A stretch of DNA of 64,000 bases, taken from assembly GCA_009924895.1 (NCBI GenBank), contig RFQR01000001.1:15575-79574 (forward strand). The letters run 5' to 3'. The notes under the pieces were generated by a model. The model was not told where the DNA came from. It did not search any database and worked only from the letters and a program-made list of their open reading frames with translations. The stretch comes from a bacterium. GTDB lineage: Bacteria; Patescibacteriota; Minisyncoccia; Phycocordibacterales; UBA2100. A program made the position numbers and the translations under genes. Of this stretch, positions 48,431 to 58,760 are shown one piece after another (position 1 is the stretch's first letter; every line of letters starts with the position of its first letter).

Positions 48431-49306
48431 TCATGTCATGATGCATCGCTTTTCAAGAGCGTCCGTTTCGTTCTGATGAGCGAGATACCATGCAACATCG
48501 TTGATACTGAGCGGGATGTGCACAAACGAAACCAAGGCGAATCGATCCTCTGCGCCGGGTACTATGCGAGCGTGTTCTTTCACGCCATGCGGTGTCCCGA
48601 AGCCAAAAACCCCGCGGGTTACCGCAGCAAACTTTTTTCCGGGGAAGATGGCAATGGTATCGTCCGCTGTTTCTTTTGCTTCGTGCACTTCGCGATTTGG
48701 ATCGAAGATGCGAAGCCCCTGCCGAGTCGATTTCCAGTGCACGGTACATGCTGAGCGATCAATGTGTACCGTTGCGTCATCCGCAGTTTCTGCTCGCGGC
48801 AGATAGCGTAATACTCGAGTGACACACTTACCTGTGTTTACGCGAGGACCGAGAGCACCGCTCGGAGATGCAAGAGGATGCTTGCGATCAAACTCATCAG
48901 CCCATAGCTGTACAACAGCTCGCGCTGCGGCGCATGTATCGTTAAGGGTGCGCAGAAACTTCTCAAAGAAGATAATCGGCGCATCGGTCTTGAAGAGGTT
49001 GCGCATGGTTTCGCCACGATCGAGATAATAGAAAAACCACTTTTGCTCTCGAACGTTTCGACGCCACAAACCGCTATCGTATTCCCATCCGGGGACATCA
49101 TCAGGCCCAAGACTACTTGATTGAAATAGTGCTGCGAGATCGTTATTTTCTGTCATCCCGGTCATGCCGCATGTGACGTGCTGCATGGCAGATGCGAGAA
49201 ACGTTGGTGTGATAGAACATTCCAAAAACCCGCGTTTTTGCATGTGCGCTATTGGGTCGTGAGGCAGTGACTCAGTGAGGTGATGGAGTGTCTGTGCGTG
49301 GTTCAT
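48431..49306 (-). CDS. hypothetical protein, possibly an Fe(II)/2-oxoglutarate oxygenase-like fold
   Basis: HID ... H ... RFALVSF spacing resembles HxD/H/RxS. The support is weak. Confidence 0.3.
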   Translation of the reverse strand: MNHAQTLHHLTESLPHDPIAHMQKRGFLECSITPTFLASAMQHVTCGMTGMTENNDLAALFQSSSLGPDDVPGWEYDSGLWRRNVREQKWFFYYLDRGETMRNLFKTDAPIIFFEKFLRTLNDTCAAARAVVQLWADEFDRKHPLASPSGALGPRVNTGKCVTRVLRYLPRAETADDATVHIDRSACTVHWKSTRQGLRIFDPNREVHEAKETADDTIAIFPGKKFAAVTRGVFGFGTPHGVKEHARIVPGAEDRFALVSFVHIPLSINDVAWYLAHQNETDALEKRCIMT

Positions 49307-49437
49307 TAGCAGCTCCTTCTGTTTTCAAGAACCTGCGAGCACTATACATTCTCAAAAATAGAGCTCTCAGAATGCAGTAGAAACAAAATGTGGGAATGGT
49401 GTGGATAATGCTGTGGAAAACGCAGAGGGTGGAAAGC

Positions 49438-49644
49438 CTACGGCTTTCCACCCCTTTGTCTGCGCTTCAGTTCTGCTCGCACCCGAATACAGATTCCTAT
49501 CGTAAGGACTGCACATGCAGTCACGAGTCCTACAGTGTATGCGCTTTCTCGAGCATAGCCGACCCTAAGCGCCATGATTTCAGTACTTACCAGGGAAGCG
49601 ACGGTTGCATACAGCAGGAGCGCAGCATATACGAGGTGTCTCAT
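49438..49644 (-). CDS. small 2-TM membrane protein (second gene of a coupled pair)
   Basis: MRHLVYAALLLYATVASLVSTEIMALRVGY... Its start ATG overlaps the stop of the upstream small ORF (ATGA). Confidence 0.3.
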   Translation of the reverse strand: MRHLVYAALLLYATVASLVSTEIMALRVGYARESAYTVGLVTACAVLTIGICIRVRAELKRRQRGGKP

Positions 49645-49829
49645 GGTCTTGTTTCTCCAAGCAGGCTCAAGGCCAAGAAGGTCAGTACAAATGCGATAAC
49701 CCCGATCACGAGGAGTAGCGCCATGTTCGTTGTTGCAAGGCAGGCGAGCCCCGCCCATATGAGTGCATTGAAAAACGAAAGAACCGCTACGAGAACTGCT
49801 CGTGGCAGTTTTAGAAGTAACGCATACAT
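49641..49829 (-). CDS. small 2-TM membrane protein (first gene of a coupled pair)
   Basis: 62 aa, MYALLLKLPRAVLVAVLSFFNALIWAGLACL... Confidence 0.3.
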   Translation of the reverse strand: MYALLLKLPRAVLVAVLSFFNALIWAGLACLATTNMALLLVIGVIAFVLTFLALSLLGETRP

Positions 49830-49890
49830 GATATCCTCCGCTTTTTTGAGTCCCGCTGAATTAAAAATACAACAGAGCAGTAGAAAGTCA

Positions 49891-51261
49891 ATGTTCGCAG
49901 AAGGCGCAAAAAAGCATATACTGCCCGCGATGTGGGAAAAACGAGCATATGCACTGGTGGTATTTTTTGTAGGCGCTGGCCTTGCGTATTTTGTATACAG
50001 CGCACAGACGCACGAGTGGCGCCCGTTTCGTCTGGGTCTTGATCTCTCGGGCGGTACGCAGCTCGTCTATCGAGCAAAAACAGAAAACCTCTCTTCGACC
50101 GACACGGCGGATGCAATGGCATCCCTGCGCGACACCATTGAACGTCGCGTAAATCTTTTTGGTGTCTCCGAGCCAATTGTGCAAACGCAAACAGGTGGCA
50201 CGTTTGCTGGCTCACTTGAGCAGCGTCTCCTTGTGGAATTGCCGGGCGTGACGGATACGCAAAAAGCAATCGAGCTCATCGGACAAACACCTGTACTTGA
50301 ATTTCGTCTTCTTAAAAAAGACAAGGAGAATAGTCTTGCGGAAATGACAGCAACCACAACTGACAAATACTTTGAACCCACTGTTCTGTCAGGCAAAAAT
50401 CTAAAGAGTGCACAGCTACAATTTCAGCAGCAGGTAGGCGGTGTACCGAATGAGCCGGTTGTCGTACTGAATTTTGATGCAACCGGTGGGAAGCTTTTTG
50501 CAAAGCTTACACGCGAAAATGTCGGTCGCAGTTTCGGTATTTTCCTCGATGGTCTGCCGATATCGGTGCCGGTCATTCGTGAGGCAATTACCGGTGGTAG
50601 TGCGGTGATTTCAGGAAACTTTACACCTGCAGGCGCAAAAGAACTTGCTCGCAACTTAAACTATGGTGCATTGCCCGTTGGGATTGAACTGCTCTCAACT
50701 GAAAGTGTTTCGGGTACTTTGGGAGGTGAAGCGGTAAACCGTGGTATTGCATCGGGTCTCTGGGGTGTCGGTGCAGTGATTGTCTTTATGATCCTCTTTT
50801 ATCGCTTGCCAGGACTTGTTGCATCTCTCGCTCTTTTGTTCTATGTGTTTGCGGTACTCGCACTCTTTCAAATCATTCCGGTTACCTTGACCGCAGCGGG
50901 TATCGCTGCGTTTATTCTTTCGATCGGTATGGCAGTAGATGCAAATATTCTTATTTTTGAGCGTACAAAAGAAGAGCTTGCAGCAGGGAAGAGTGTGGCT
51001 GAGGCGACGCATGATGGCTTTGCACGTGCATGGAACTCAATTCGTGACTCAAACACTTCATCGCTGATTACTGCCGTTATTCTGTTTTGGCTCGGCACTT
51101 CGCTCGTGAAAGGTTTTGCTCTCGTGTTTGGAATCGGTGTTCTCGTGTCAATGCTCACGGCAATTTCAATTTCTCGTACGCTTTTGTTCGCTATCGGGAT
51201 CGATCGTTCTAATCGCTTCACACGCTTCTTATTCGGCGGTTCGCTCAAACAACAGCAATAG
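49891..51261 (+). CDS. secD: protein translocase subunit SecD
   Basis: MFAEGAKKHILPAMWEKRAYALVVFFVGAGLAYFVY TM1, then a periplasmic domain and a C-terminal 6-TM region. The ORF track's upstream extension from 49390 is not supported. Confidence 0.9.
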   Translation: MFAEGAKKHILPAMWEKRAYALVVFFVGAGLAYFVYSAQTHEWRPFRLGLDLSGGTQLVYRAKTENLSSTDTADAMASLRDTIERRVNLFGVSEPIVQTQTGGTFAGSLEQRLLVELPGVTDTQKAIELIGQTPVLEFRLLKKDKENSLAEMTATTTDKYFEPTVLSGKNLKSAQLQFQQQVGGVPNEPVVVLNFDATGGKLFAKLTRENVGRSFGIFLDGLPISVPVIREAITGGSAVISGNFTPAGAKELARNLNYGALPVGIELLSTESVSGTLGGEAVNRGIASGLWGVGAVIVFMILFYRLPGLVASLALLFYVFAVLALFQIIPVTLTAAGIAAFILSIGMAVDANILIFERTKEELAAGKSVAEATHDGFARAWNSIRDSNTSSLITAVILFWLGTSLVKGFALVFGIGVLVSMLTAISISRTLLFAIGIDRSNRFTRFLFGGSLKQQQ

Positions 51262-51262
51262 T

Positions 51263-52165
51263 ATGTTCATCGTCAACAATAAAAATCTATTCTTTGCGCT
51301 CAGTGGACTCATTGTCGCTGCTTCTCTTTTTGCCGTTTTTCATTTCGGGCTCAAGTTTGGTATCGACTTTACCGGAGGAACCTATATTAAGGTTCAATTC
51401 ATAGGTGCTCGTCCCACCGTGACACAAATGAATGAAAAGCTTGCCGCAGAGGGATTGGTAGAATTTTCTGCTCGCGAAGCAGGTACTCAAGGATACGATG
51501 TGCGTGTAGCGGAAAGTGGTGCGGATGTGCAGCAGAAAGTCACGCAGGCTATTGCTACCTGGAATGCGTATCAAGGCCAAGTAACCGAAGTGAGCCAGAT
51601 TGGCCCCACGATCGGCGCCGAGCTTCGCAACAAGTCATACGCTGCAATTGGTCTCGTATTGCTCTGTATTCTCTTGTTTATCGCATTTGTCTTTCGTAAA
51701 GTTTCAAACCCGGTCTCTTCATGGGTGTATGGCATGATTGCGCTCATCACCTTGGTGCACGATGTCGTCGTGCCGACGGGTTTCTATGCGCTTCTCGGTC
51801 ACTATAGCAACGCTCAAATCGATACGCTGTTTGTAACAGCAATACTCACCGTGCTCGGATTCTCAATCCATGACACCATTGTCGTTTTTGATCGCGTGCG
51901 TGAAAATCTGCGCCGTAATCACGAGGCTGGTCGCAAGGAAGATTTCGCCGAGACGGCAGGTAAGTCTCTCGGACAAACGCTCATTCGCTCGACCAATACT
52001 TCCCTCACCGTCGTCATTACACTTGCGGCACTCTACTGGTTTGGTCCAGTTTCAACAGAATATTTTGCACTCACCCTTCTCGTAGGTATCATTGCTGGCA
52101 CGTATTCATCGATATTCCTCGCAACACCACTTTTGGTGTGGTGGGCACAGCGCAAACAGCACTAA
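51263..52165 (+). CDS. secF: protein translocase subunit SecF
   Basis: MFIVNNKNLFFALSGLIVAASLFAVFHFGLKFGIDFTGGT starts 2 nt after the secD stop. Confidence 0.9.
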   Translation: MFIVNNKNLFFALSGLIVAASLFAVFHFGLKFGIDFTGGTYIKVQFIGARPTVTQMNEKLAAEGLVEFSAREAGTQGYDVRVAESGADVQQKVTQAIATWNAYQGQVTEVSQIGPTIGAELRNKSYAAIGLVLLCILLFIAFVFRKVSNPVSSWVYGMIALITLVHDVVVPTGFYALLGHYSNAQIDTLFVTAILTVLGFSIHDTIVVFDRVRENLRRNHEAGRKEDFAETAGKSLGQTLIRSTNTSLTVVITLAALYWFGPVSTEYFALTLLVGIIAGTYSSIFLATPLLVWWAQRKQH

Positions 52166-52310
52166 CCTCTCGGTAGCGCGCGGCATTAGGTTTCTCAAAA
52201 GTAAGGTAGTACGTCTGTTCGAGACTTACTCTAACTCCCTGTAAAAATCCCATATCGCCACCGGACTTTCTACTGTTTCTTCTGCCAGCGCTGCCTGCTA
52301 GAATCGTTGT

Positions 52311-52973
52311 ATGAATGTCCGTATCGAAGATAGTTGGAAAGAGCACCTCAAAGGTGAGTTTGAAAAGGAGTATTTTCAAGATCTTTCGAGATTTGTCCGA
52401 GAAGAGTATCAAAAAACCACTGTGTACCCAGCACCAAAAAACATGTTCCGTGCTTTTGATAGTTGCCCCTTTGATGAGGTTAAAGTAGTTATTCTCGGGC
52501 AGGATCCGTATCATGGGCCAGGACAAGCAAATGGACTCTGTTTCGCGGTGGGGCAGGGGGTGGCAACGCCGCCCTCGCTTCAAAACATTTTCAAAGAAAT
52601 CGAGTCAGACTTAGGTGCTGCTCCTAACCGCGATGCTGATTTGGAGCGCTGGGCCAAGCAAGGTGTTTTACTTCTGAATGCAACCCTGACTGTTCGAGCA
52701 TCTTCGCCAGGGTCTCATCAAGGAAAAGGGTGGGAACAGTTTACCGATGTGGTAGTCAAGACCCTCAACGACGAAAAAGAACACCTCGTGTTTCTCCTGT
52801 GGGGGAATTATGCAAAACAAAAAGGCGTACACATTGACCGTACCAAGCACCTCGTTCTCGAGTCTGCTCACCCGTCACCCTTCTCCGCCCACCCTGGTTT
52901 TTTTGGAAACAAACATTTTTCAAAAACAAATGAGTATTTGCAAGCAAACGGATTTTCCACAATTGATTGGTGA
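52311..52973 (+). CDS. ung: uracil-DNA glycosylase (family 1)
   Basis: VILGQDPYHGPGQANGLCFAV water-activating motif. C-terminal HPSPLS-like HPSPFSAH. Confidence 0.9.
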   Translation: MNVRIEDSWKEHLKGEFEKEYFQDLSRFVREEYQKTTVYPAPKNMFRAFDSCPFDEVKVVILGQDPYHGPGQANGLCFAVGQGVATPPSLQNIFKEIESDLGAAPNRDADLERWAKQGVLLLNATLTVRASSPGSHQGKGWEQFTDVVVKTLNDEKEHLVFLLWGNYAKQKGVHIDRTKHLVLESAHPSPFSAHPGFFGNKHFSKTNEYLQANGFSTIDW

Positions 52974-53101
52974 TTGGGTTTGACAGCCGTTGGGGAGAAG
53001 AATAGTATGGACCCATGGTTCGTCCAGTGTTTATTACCTCGACTGCACTCCTTCTTCGAAGGGGTCTTTCGAGTTGCTAGCCATCAAACACGCTAGACAC
53101 C

Positions 53102-53129
53102 GAAAGACCCCTCACAAGAGGGGTCTTTC
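53102..53129 (+). other. perfect 12-bp-stem hairpin GAAAGACCCCTC-ACAA-GAGGGGTCTTTC with no U tract. A third copy of the arm at 53058-53070 allows alternative pairing.
   Basis: Read from the sequence downstream of ung. Confidence 0.55.
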
Positions 53130-53231
53130 ATTTACCGGGTGTCAGGAATGGTCTTCTTGTGAAAGAACATCATTCCTGGAATCAGGTGGTTCCAGTGAAG
53201 CTCGCGCTTCAAGTTCTTTAGGAGAAACAAC

Positions 53232-53447
53232 ATGTCGAAGGGTGTTGAAGTCGGGAAAGAGCCGATTGGAATCGGTGATACAAAAGAGACCCTTGCGTCG
53301 ACGCGGTATGATACCCCGCGAAAGCCGAAACCTGACGCTTCTTGCGATCAGGCAGAAAATCTCCGCTCGCCGTGTGGCGAACTAGAAGGATATGATTCCG
53401 ACCCTGGTTTAGGCTACGAAAAACGGGCAGGACGACTTCGTAGCTGA
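53232..53447 (+). CDS. small hydrophilic ORF (71 aa) with a strong SD (AGGAGAAACAAC-ATG)
   Basis: The ORF, the SD and the 11-bp perfect hairpin GCGGACCATGG-TCACAAA-CCATGGTCCGC directly after the stop (53454-53482) are all read from the sequence. Confidence 0.3.
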   Translation: MSKGVEVGKEPIGIGDTKETLASTRYDTPRKPKPDASCDQAENLRSPCGELEGYDSDPGLGYEKRAGRLRS

Positions 53448-53516
53448 TGACTAGCGGACCATGGTCACAAACCATGGTCCGCGTCTAACCCCTATCTCGC
53501 AGCAGAGGAATGAGCA

Positions 53517-53714
53517 ATGTCACACAAGAAAACCTCGATACAGCCCACCTTGAACTGTCAACAGATTGGACAGTTAGCTCTGGTTGTCTCTGAAGTGCTC
53601 CAAGCCAATCTTCAATTGGATTTTGGAGACGTTCTGTACTCAATTCGCGCAACGAAGAAACGCACGAAAAGACGCCCCTATGATGGCGAGCGCACAGTAC
53701 CGACATCTACGTGA
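53517..53714 (+). CDS. small ORF (65 aa) with an SD (GAGGAATGAGCA-ATG)
   Basis: It is followed by the terminator AGCCCCAGAG-CTA-CTCTGGGGCT plus a T-rich run (53731-53766). Confidence 0.3.
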   Translation: MSHKKTSIQPTLNCQQIGQLALVVSEVLQANLQLDFGDVLYSIRATKKRTKRRPYDGERTVPTST

Positions 53715-53787
53715 TGTCTGTGTATAGACAAGCCCCAGAGCTACTCTGGGGCTTGCTCCTTTTATATCGAACTTGTATAACCTTCGT

Positions 53788-54654
53788 ATGCGCGCGCTCT
53801 CAACTCTCGTCACTTTCGAAACTCCAGATCGATGTCTTTTACAAGGTGTATGGCTTGGCCCCGCGCAAGCATCAAATGTCTATATTTTTATTCACGGTCT
53901 TTACAGCAACTTGTTTTCTCAAATGGCAGTTGCTGAACTTTTGGTTCAAAAGAAAGGTGTTGGTGTTTTGGTGTTTAACAACCGCGGCCATGGATACGTT
54001 TCAAAAGTGAGAAAACAAGTAGGAAAAAAAGTGAAAACACTGATGGTGGGAGCGGCACACGAAGTTTTTTCTGAATCAAAGCATGATATTGCTGGCGCGG
54101 TTGCGTTTGCAAAGTTACGCGATGCAAAGCGGGTTGTGCTTGTTGGTCATTCGACCGGTTCACAAAAGAGCGTATGGTATTTAGCACACAAACCTGACTC
54201 TCTCGTTTACGGCGCGGTCTTACTCGCTCCTCTCAGTGACTATGCGGGAATGCGAAAAGAAATTTCGCTGGTTCAGTACCAAAAAACGGTTGCGGTCGCT
54301 CGAGCACTGATACATACAAAAAAACCACATGCGCTTTTGCCTGAAACTCTCTCGCCGATTCCTTGTGATGCACAGCGATGGTTGAGTTTATATACTCTTG
54401 AAAGTCAGGAAGAGATATTTACATACGCAAGTGGAAAAATCCCACGCACACTCAATACGGTAAAAGTGCCACTGCTTGCAGTCTTTTCTCGAAAAGACCA
54501 GTATGCAGATCGTCCGGCAGAAGAATTGGCTTCATGGTTTGCAGCACAAGAAACTGTTTGCGGTGTTGAAATAGTAGATGCGAGCGATCATGGATTTTCT
54601 GATGCTGCCGGTAAGGTGACAAAAATGATTCAAACGTTTACGAGCACTCTTTAA
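53788..54654 (+). CDS. alpha/beta-fold hydrolase
   Basis: Nucleophile elbow VLVGHSTGSQ. About 290 aa. Confidence 0.7.
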   Translation: MRALSTLVTFETPDRCLLQGVWLGPAQASNVYIFIHGLYSNLFSQMAVAELLVQKKGVGVLVFNNRGHGYVSKVRKQVGKKVKTLMVGAAHEVFSESKHDIAGAVAFAKLRDAKRVVLVGHSTGSQKSVWYLAHKPDSLVYGAVLLAPLSDYAGMRKEISLVQYQKTVAVARALIHTKKPHALLPETLSPIPCDAQRWLSLYTLESQEEIFTYASGKIPRTLNTVKVPLLAVFSRKDQYADRPAEELASWFAAQETVCGVEIVDASDHGFSDAAGKVTKMIQTFTSTL

Positions 54655-54669
54655 AAAAGAAAGAAGGGA

Positions 54670-54695
54670 GCCTCGGTTGCGAAGGCAACCGAGGC
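54670..54695. terminator. bidirectional terminator (11-bp stem GCCTCGGTTGC/GCAACCGAGGC)
   Basis: There is a T-rich run on the minus-strand side. It sits between convergent genes. Confidence 0.6.
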
Positions 54696-54701
54696 CGAAA
54701 C

Positions 54702-54914
54702 TCACACGTCAATGCTCTCTGATCTCGAACTCGGAACGTCTTTAATCTGCGCCTCACGAAACCGTTTTCGCTCGAGCAGGTCCAACCTCACCATGCCGCG
54801 GTCACGGGCGGGTGAGTCAAACAGAGCGAGAAAGTCAGGATGGTTGGCATACTCTGGACCAAACAACTCTTCCGCCAACGTATCGAGTGCGTCTTTTTGT
54901 GCAGCAGCCATCAC
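54702..54914 (-). CDS. small hydrophilic protein (70 aa) with a strong SD (AAGGAG-N6-ATG)
   Basis: The SD is read from the sequence. The terminator lies immediately downstream. Confidence 0.4.
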   Translation of the reverse strand: MMAAAQKDALDTLAEELFGPEYANHPDFLALFDSPARDRGMVRLDLLERKRFREAQIKDVPSSRSESIDV

Positions 54915-55100
54915 GAGCTCCTTATGTGCTGATTTGGGAAACCAAGATCCCTCCCGAAGGAGGGGGCTGGTGTGAGTGGTTTTACTTCATCACAACAATC
55001 CTCTCCCGCGGGAGGAATCTAAAATAAAACCAAACATAATTACGGGATTGCATGCAGGCATCGTAACAATAGTTTTGAAAGCAGTAAAGTCTAACCGTTG

Positions 55101-55130
55101 TTGACAGCGACGTTAGGACAAGGGTAGTAT
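55101..55130 (+). promoter_or_regulatory. sigma70-like promoter TTGACA-N17/18-TAGTAT
   Basis: Read from the sequence, about 40 nt upstream of the 55172 ORF. Confidence 0.45.
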
Positions 55131-55171
55131 CGGTCGAGGAACGTGAATGTTCCCTAACCAGGAGAAAACAA

Positions 55172-55513
55172 ATGGCTGTTCATAATGTCCACGCGAACGC
55201 TCTAACGGAAGCGCTTGCTAAGCTTGGACCCGACACGCTGTGCTGCGTCTTGTTTGTCCAGAACGGCGGGTACTTGACACTCAAGCTCATCCTCAGTGGG
55301 AATGAAATTGAGTGTGTTTTTTTTCTGATACCGAATGAGGTGATGGGCATTGTGGCGGGTTGGACCGAAAAGTACAATCGGCGCAACGTGCCCATGTTCC
55401 AGGAATTCAGTAACCCCGAAGGCTCGGAGCATTCTCGGCGCTGGTCGCTCGTGAGTGCGAGGACTTTGCAGGAAATTTGTCCGGAGAAAGCCATTCACTT
55501 TACCCCTATCTGA
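55172..55513 (+). CDS. hypothetical 113-aa protein with a strong SD (AGGAGAAAACAA-ATG)
   Basis: ORF plus promoter plus SD, followed by a 14-bp-stem hairpin (55525-55555). Confidence 0.45.
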   Translation: MAVHNVHANALTEALAKLGPDTLCCVLFVQNGGYLTLKLILSGNEIECVFFLIPNEVMGIVAGWTEKYNRRNVPMFQEFSNPEGSEHSRRWSLVSARTLQEICPEKAIHFTPI

Positions 55514-56012
55514 AGAGGGAACGAGAGGGCCTCGGCGCACAGCGCCGGGGCCCTCATTCTGTGCCACATATTCGTTTGACAAATATTAGGAAACCGTCTA
55601 TCATGCCCCCACTCGCCGGTGGCGGTTTTTTTCTGGAAAGTAAGAAGCGAAAGCGACTATACTTTCCTGAACCCCGTTCTACTTTTGCTGGGCACAGCGA
55701 AGACGAGCTAAAACTTGTTTGTCGCGTTCGTTTGGATTGAAAACGTACTGTGGCATGCAAAAGTAGAACTGGGGTACTGCACGACGAGGTTCTTTGAAAA
55801 CTGAATACACACAATAAACACACACAACGTCCGCACGCATTTATGTGTGGCGGACATGCAAGTAACACAAGAAAAGTAAGTAATAGCAATTCTGGAACAA
55901 ATAGAGAGAACGTTTCCTAGGAGGAAATGTTCAACATTCTTTTGTTCCGTTCACACGAGCCCGAACTCGCAAGAGTTTAGGGCAAAACAGAATAGAACTC
56001 GTTTCTATTCTT

Positions 56013-57466
<1,454 letters not shown>

Positions 57467-57583
57467 AATCGGATAGGCCGCCCTAAACCCTTCGGGGTCG
57501 GGTCAGGTCCACCGGTCGATTTGAGTGTCTCGATCGAGCACTCAAGAGAGAGACGTCCTTCTTTAACAGACGTCGGACAGATT

Positions 57584-57616
57584 GGCTAAAACATTTTGCC
57601 CTGCAAAATGTTCGCC
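57584..57616 (+). other. hairpin GGC-ta-AACATTTTGC-CCT-GCAAAATGTT-c-GCC, about 120 nt downstream of the 16S
   Basis: It has the same 10-bp arm motif as the hairpin upstream of the 23S. Confidence 0.6.
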
Positions 57617-57743
57617 CGGTCCGCTTTGCGGACTTAGGGAAAGACAATCAAAAGCCCTCTCTCAATCCTTATTGAGAAGAGGCACGTGGACGGAACAAAA
57701 GAGTGTAAAAAGTTTCCTGTGTTGTGATTTATTGAAAAGAAAA

Positions 57744-57782
57744 CAGCGCGGAGCAGAAATGCTTCGCGCTGTTTGTAGTGAA
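57744..57782. terminator. bidirectional terminator (ACAGCGCG...CGCGCTGT stem with T-rich runs on both sides)
   Basis: It sits between the 16S trailer and the convergent clpP-like gene. Confidence 0.5.
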
Positions 57783-57791
57783 ATGCGCCAC

Positions 57792-58340
57792 TCAAACAAT
57801 CTCATCAATCAGTTTGAAAGCAAGAGCTTCTTCAGCGGTCATGAAACGTTCTTCTTTGCACGCAGCTTTTATTCTGGTAATTTTTTGTCCAGTCTTTTTC
57901 GCCAAGATAGCATAGAGACGCTGTTGGTCGCGTTCCATATCGGCAATAAGCGCATCACGAGCTTTCTTTTCTCTTAGTACATCGAGTTTTACACTCGAAC
58001 TTGAAACATGGTGGATGAGCACAGCCCCATGCCTTGCACATTTGCGTTTCGTGCAGGCTTGTAAAATTACAGCAGCCATGGATGCTGCACGCGCAAGAAC
58101 GATGCCCTCGACCTCGTTGTCATAAAGACGAATTAGGTCATAGATATCAAGCCCTGCCGAAACTGAACCTCCGCCAGAGTCAATTCTCAATTGTAGTGGA
58201 GGGCTTCCTCGAGAGATAAGTGTGCTCATGAAGTCGCGAACAGCGATGTACATATCTTGGTCTACTACGCCAAAGATATTGATAACTGGACGCGGCAGTT
58301 TCAAGAGATCTTGATGGACAACTTCCAATGGTGATGACAC
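57792..58340 (-). CDS. clpP: ClpP-family serine peptidase (short, 182 aa)
   Basis: IDSGGGSVSAGLDIYD. ARAASMAAVIL (catalytic Ser). VLIHHVSS (His). Confidence 0.65.
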   Translation of the reverse strand: MSSPLEVVHQDLLKLPRPVINIFGVVDQDMYIAVRDFMSTLISRGSPPLQLRIDSGGGSVSAGLDIYDLIRLYDNEVEGIVLARAASMAAVILQACTKRKCARHGAVLIHHVSSSSVKLDVLREKKARDALIADMERDQQRLYAILAKKTGQKITRIKAACKEERFMTAEEALAFKLIDEIV

Positions 58341-58472
58341 CTGCTTCTCTCCTCTGTTCCAGAGTGTTAAATTCTTGGAACATTATAACACATATTTTGT
58401 TTTTTCAAAATTGCAATGGTAGAGCCTTTTACATATAAAGAATCAAGGTTCATCAAAACTGGAGTATGTGCC

Positions 58473-58754
58473 ATGAACAAATCCTATTACTACCGGATCC
58501 GTTATCGCCTAGTTCGCCCTGACGGTGAAATGGATGGTGGAGTGTACGTAAAGCAGTTCATTCAAGCAACTGAATGCAAAGACACGTTTGCTACCTCCTT
58601 TCATGAATGGCTGCGGCAGTGGCGCGGTAAGCATTACGATATCGTCGTTCTCGGCGTAGTGAGTGTGCTCAAATTGAAGCAATGGGAAGTGCCTGATTTT
58701 GCCTCGGCAAAGCAGGTAACTATTCCACATCAGTATCGCCGCGGTCAGAAATGA
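58473..58754 (+). CDS. hypothetical protein
   Basis: ORF only. The probable start is MNKSYYYRIRY. Confidence 0.3.
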   Translation: MNKSYYYRIRYRLVRPDGEMDGGVYVKQFIQATECKDTFATSFHEWLRQWRGKHYDIVVLGVVSVLKLKQWEVPDFASAKQVTIPHQYRRGQK

Positions 58755-58760
58755 CCGCGG

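Noticed and set aside
49390-49890. ORF-track N-terminal extension of SecD (starting at 49390)
   Set aside because: SecD homology begins at MFAEGAKKHIL (49891). The upstream stretch is better explained by two small minus-strand membrane-protein ORFs.
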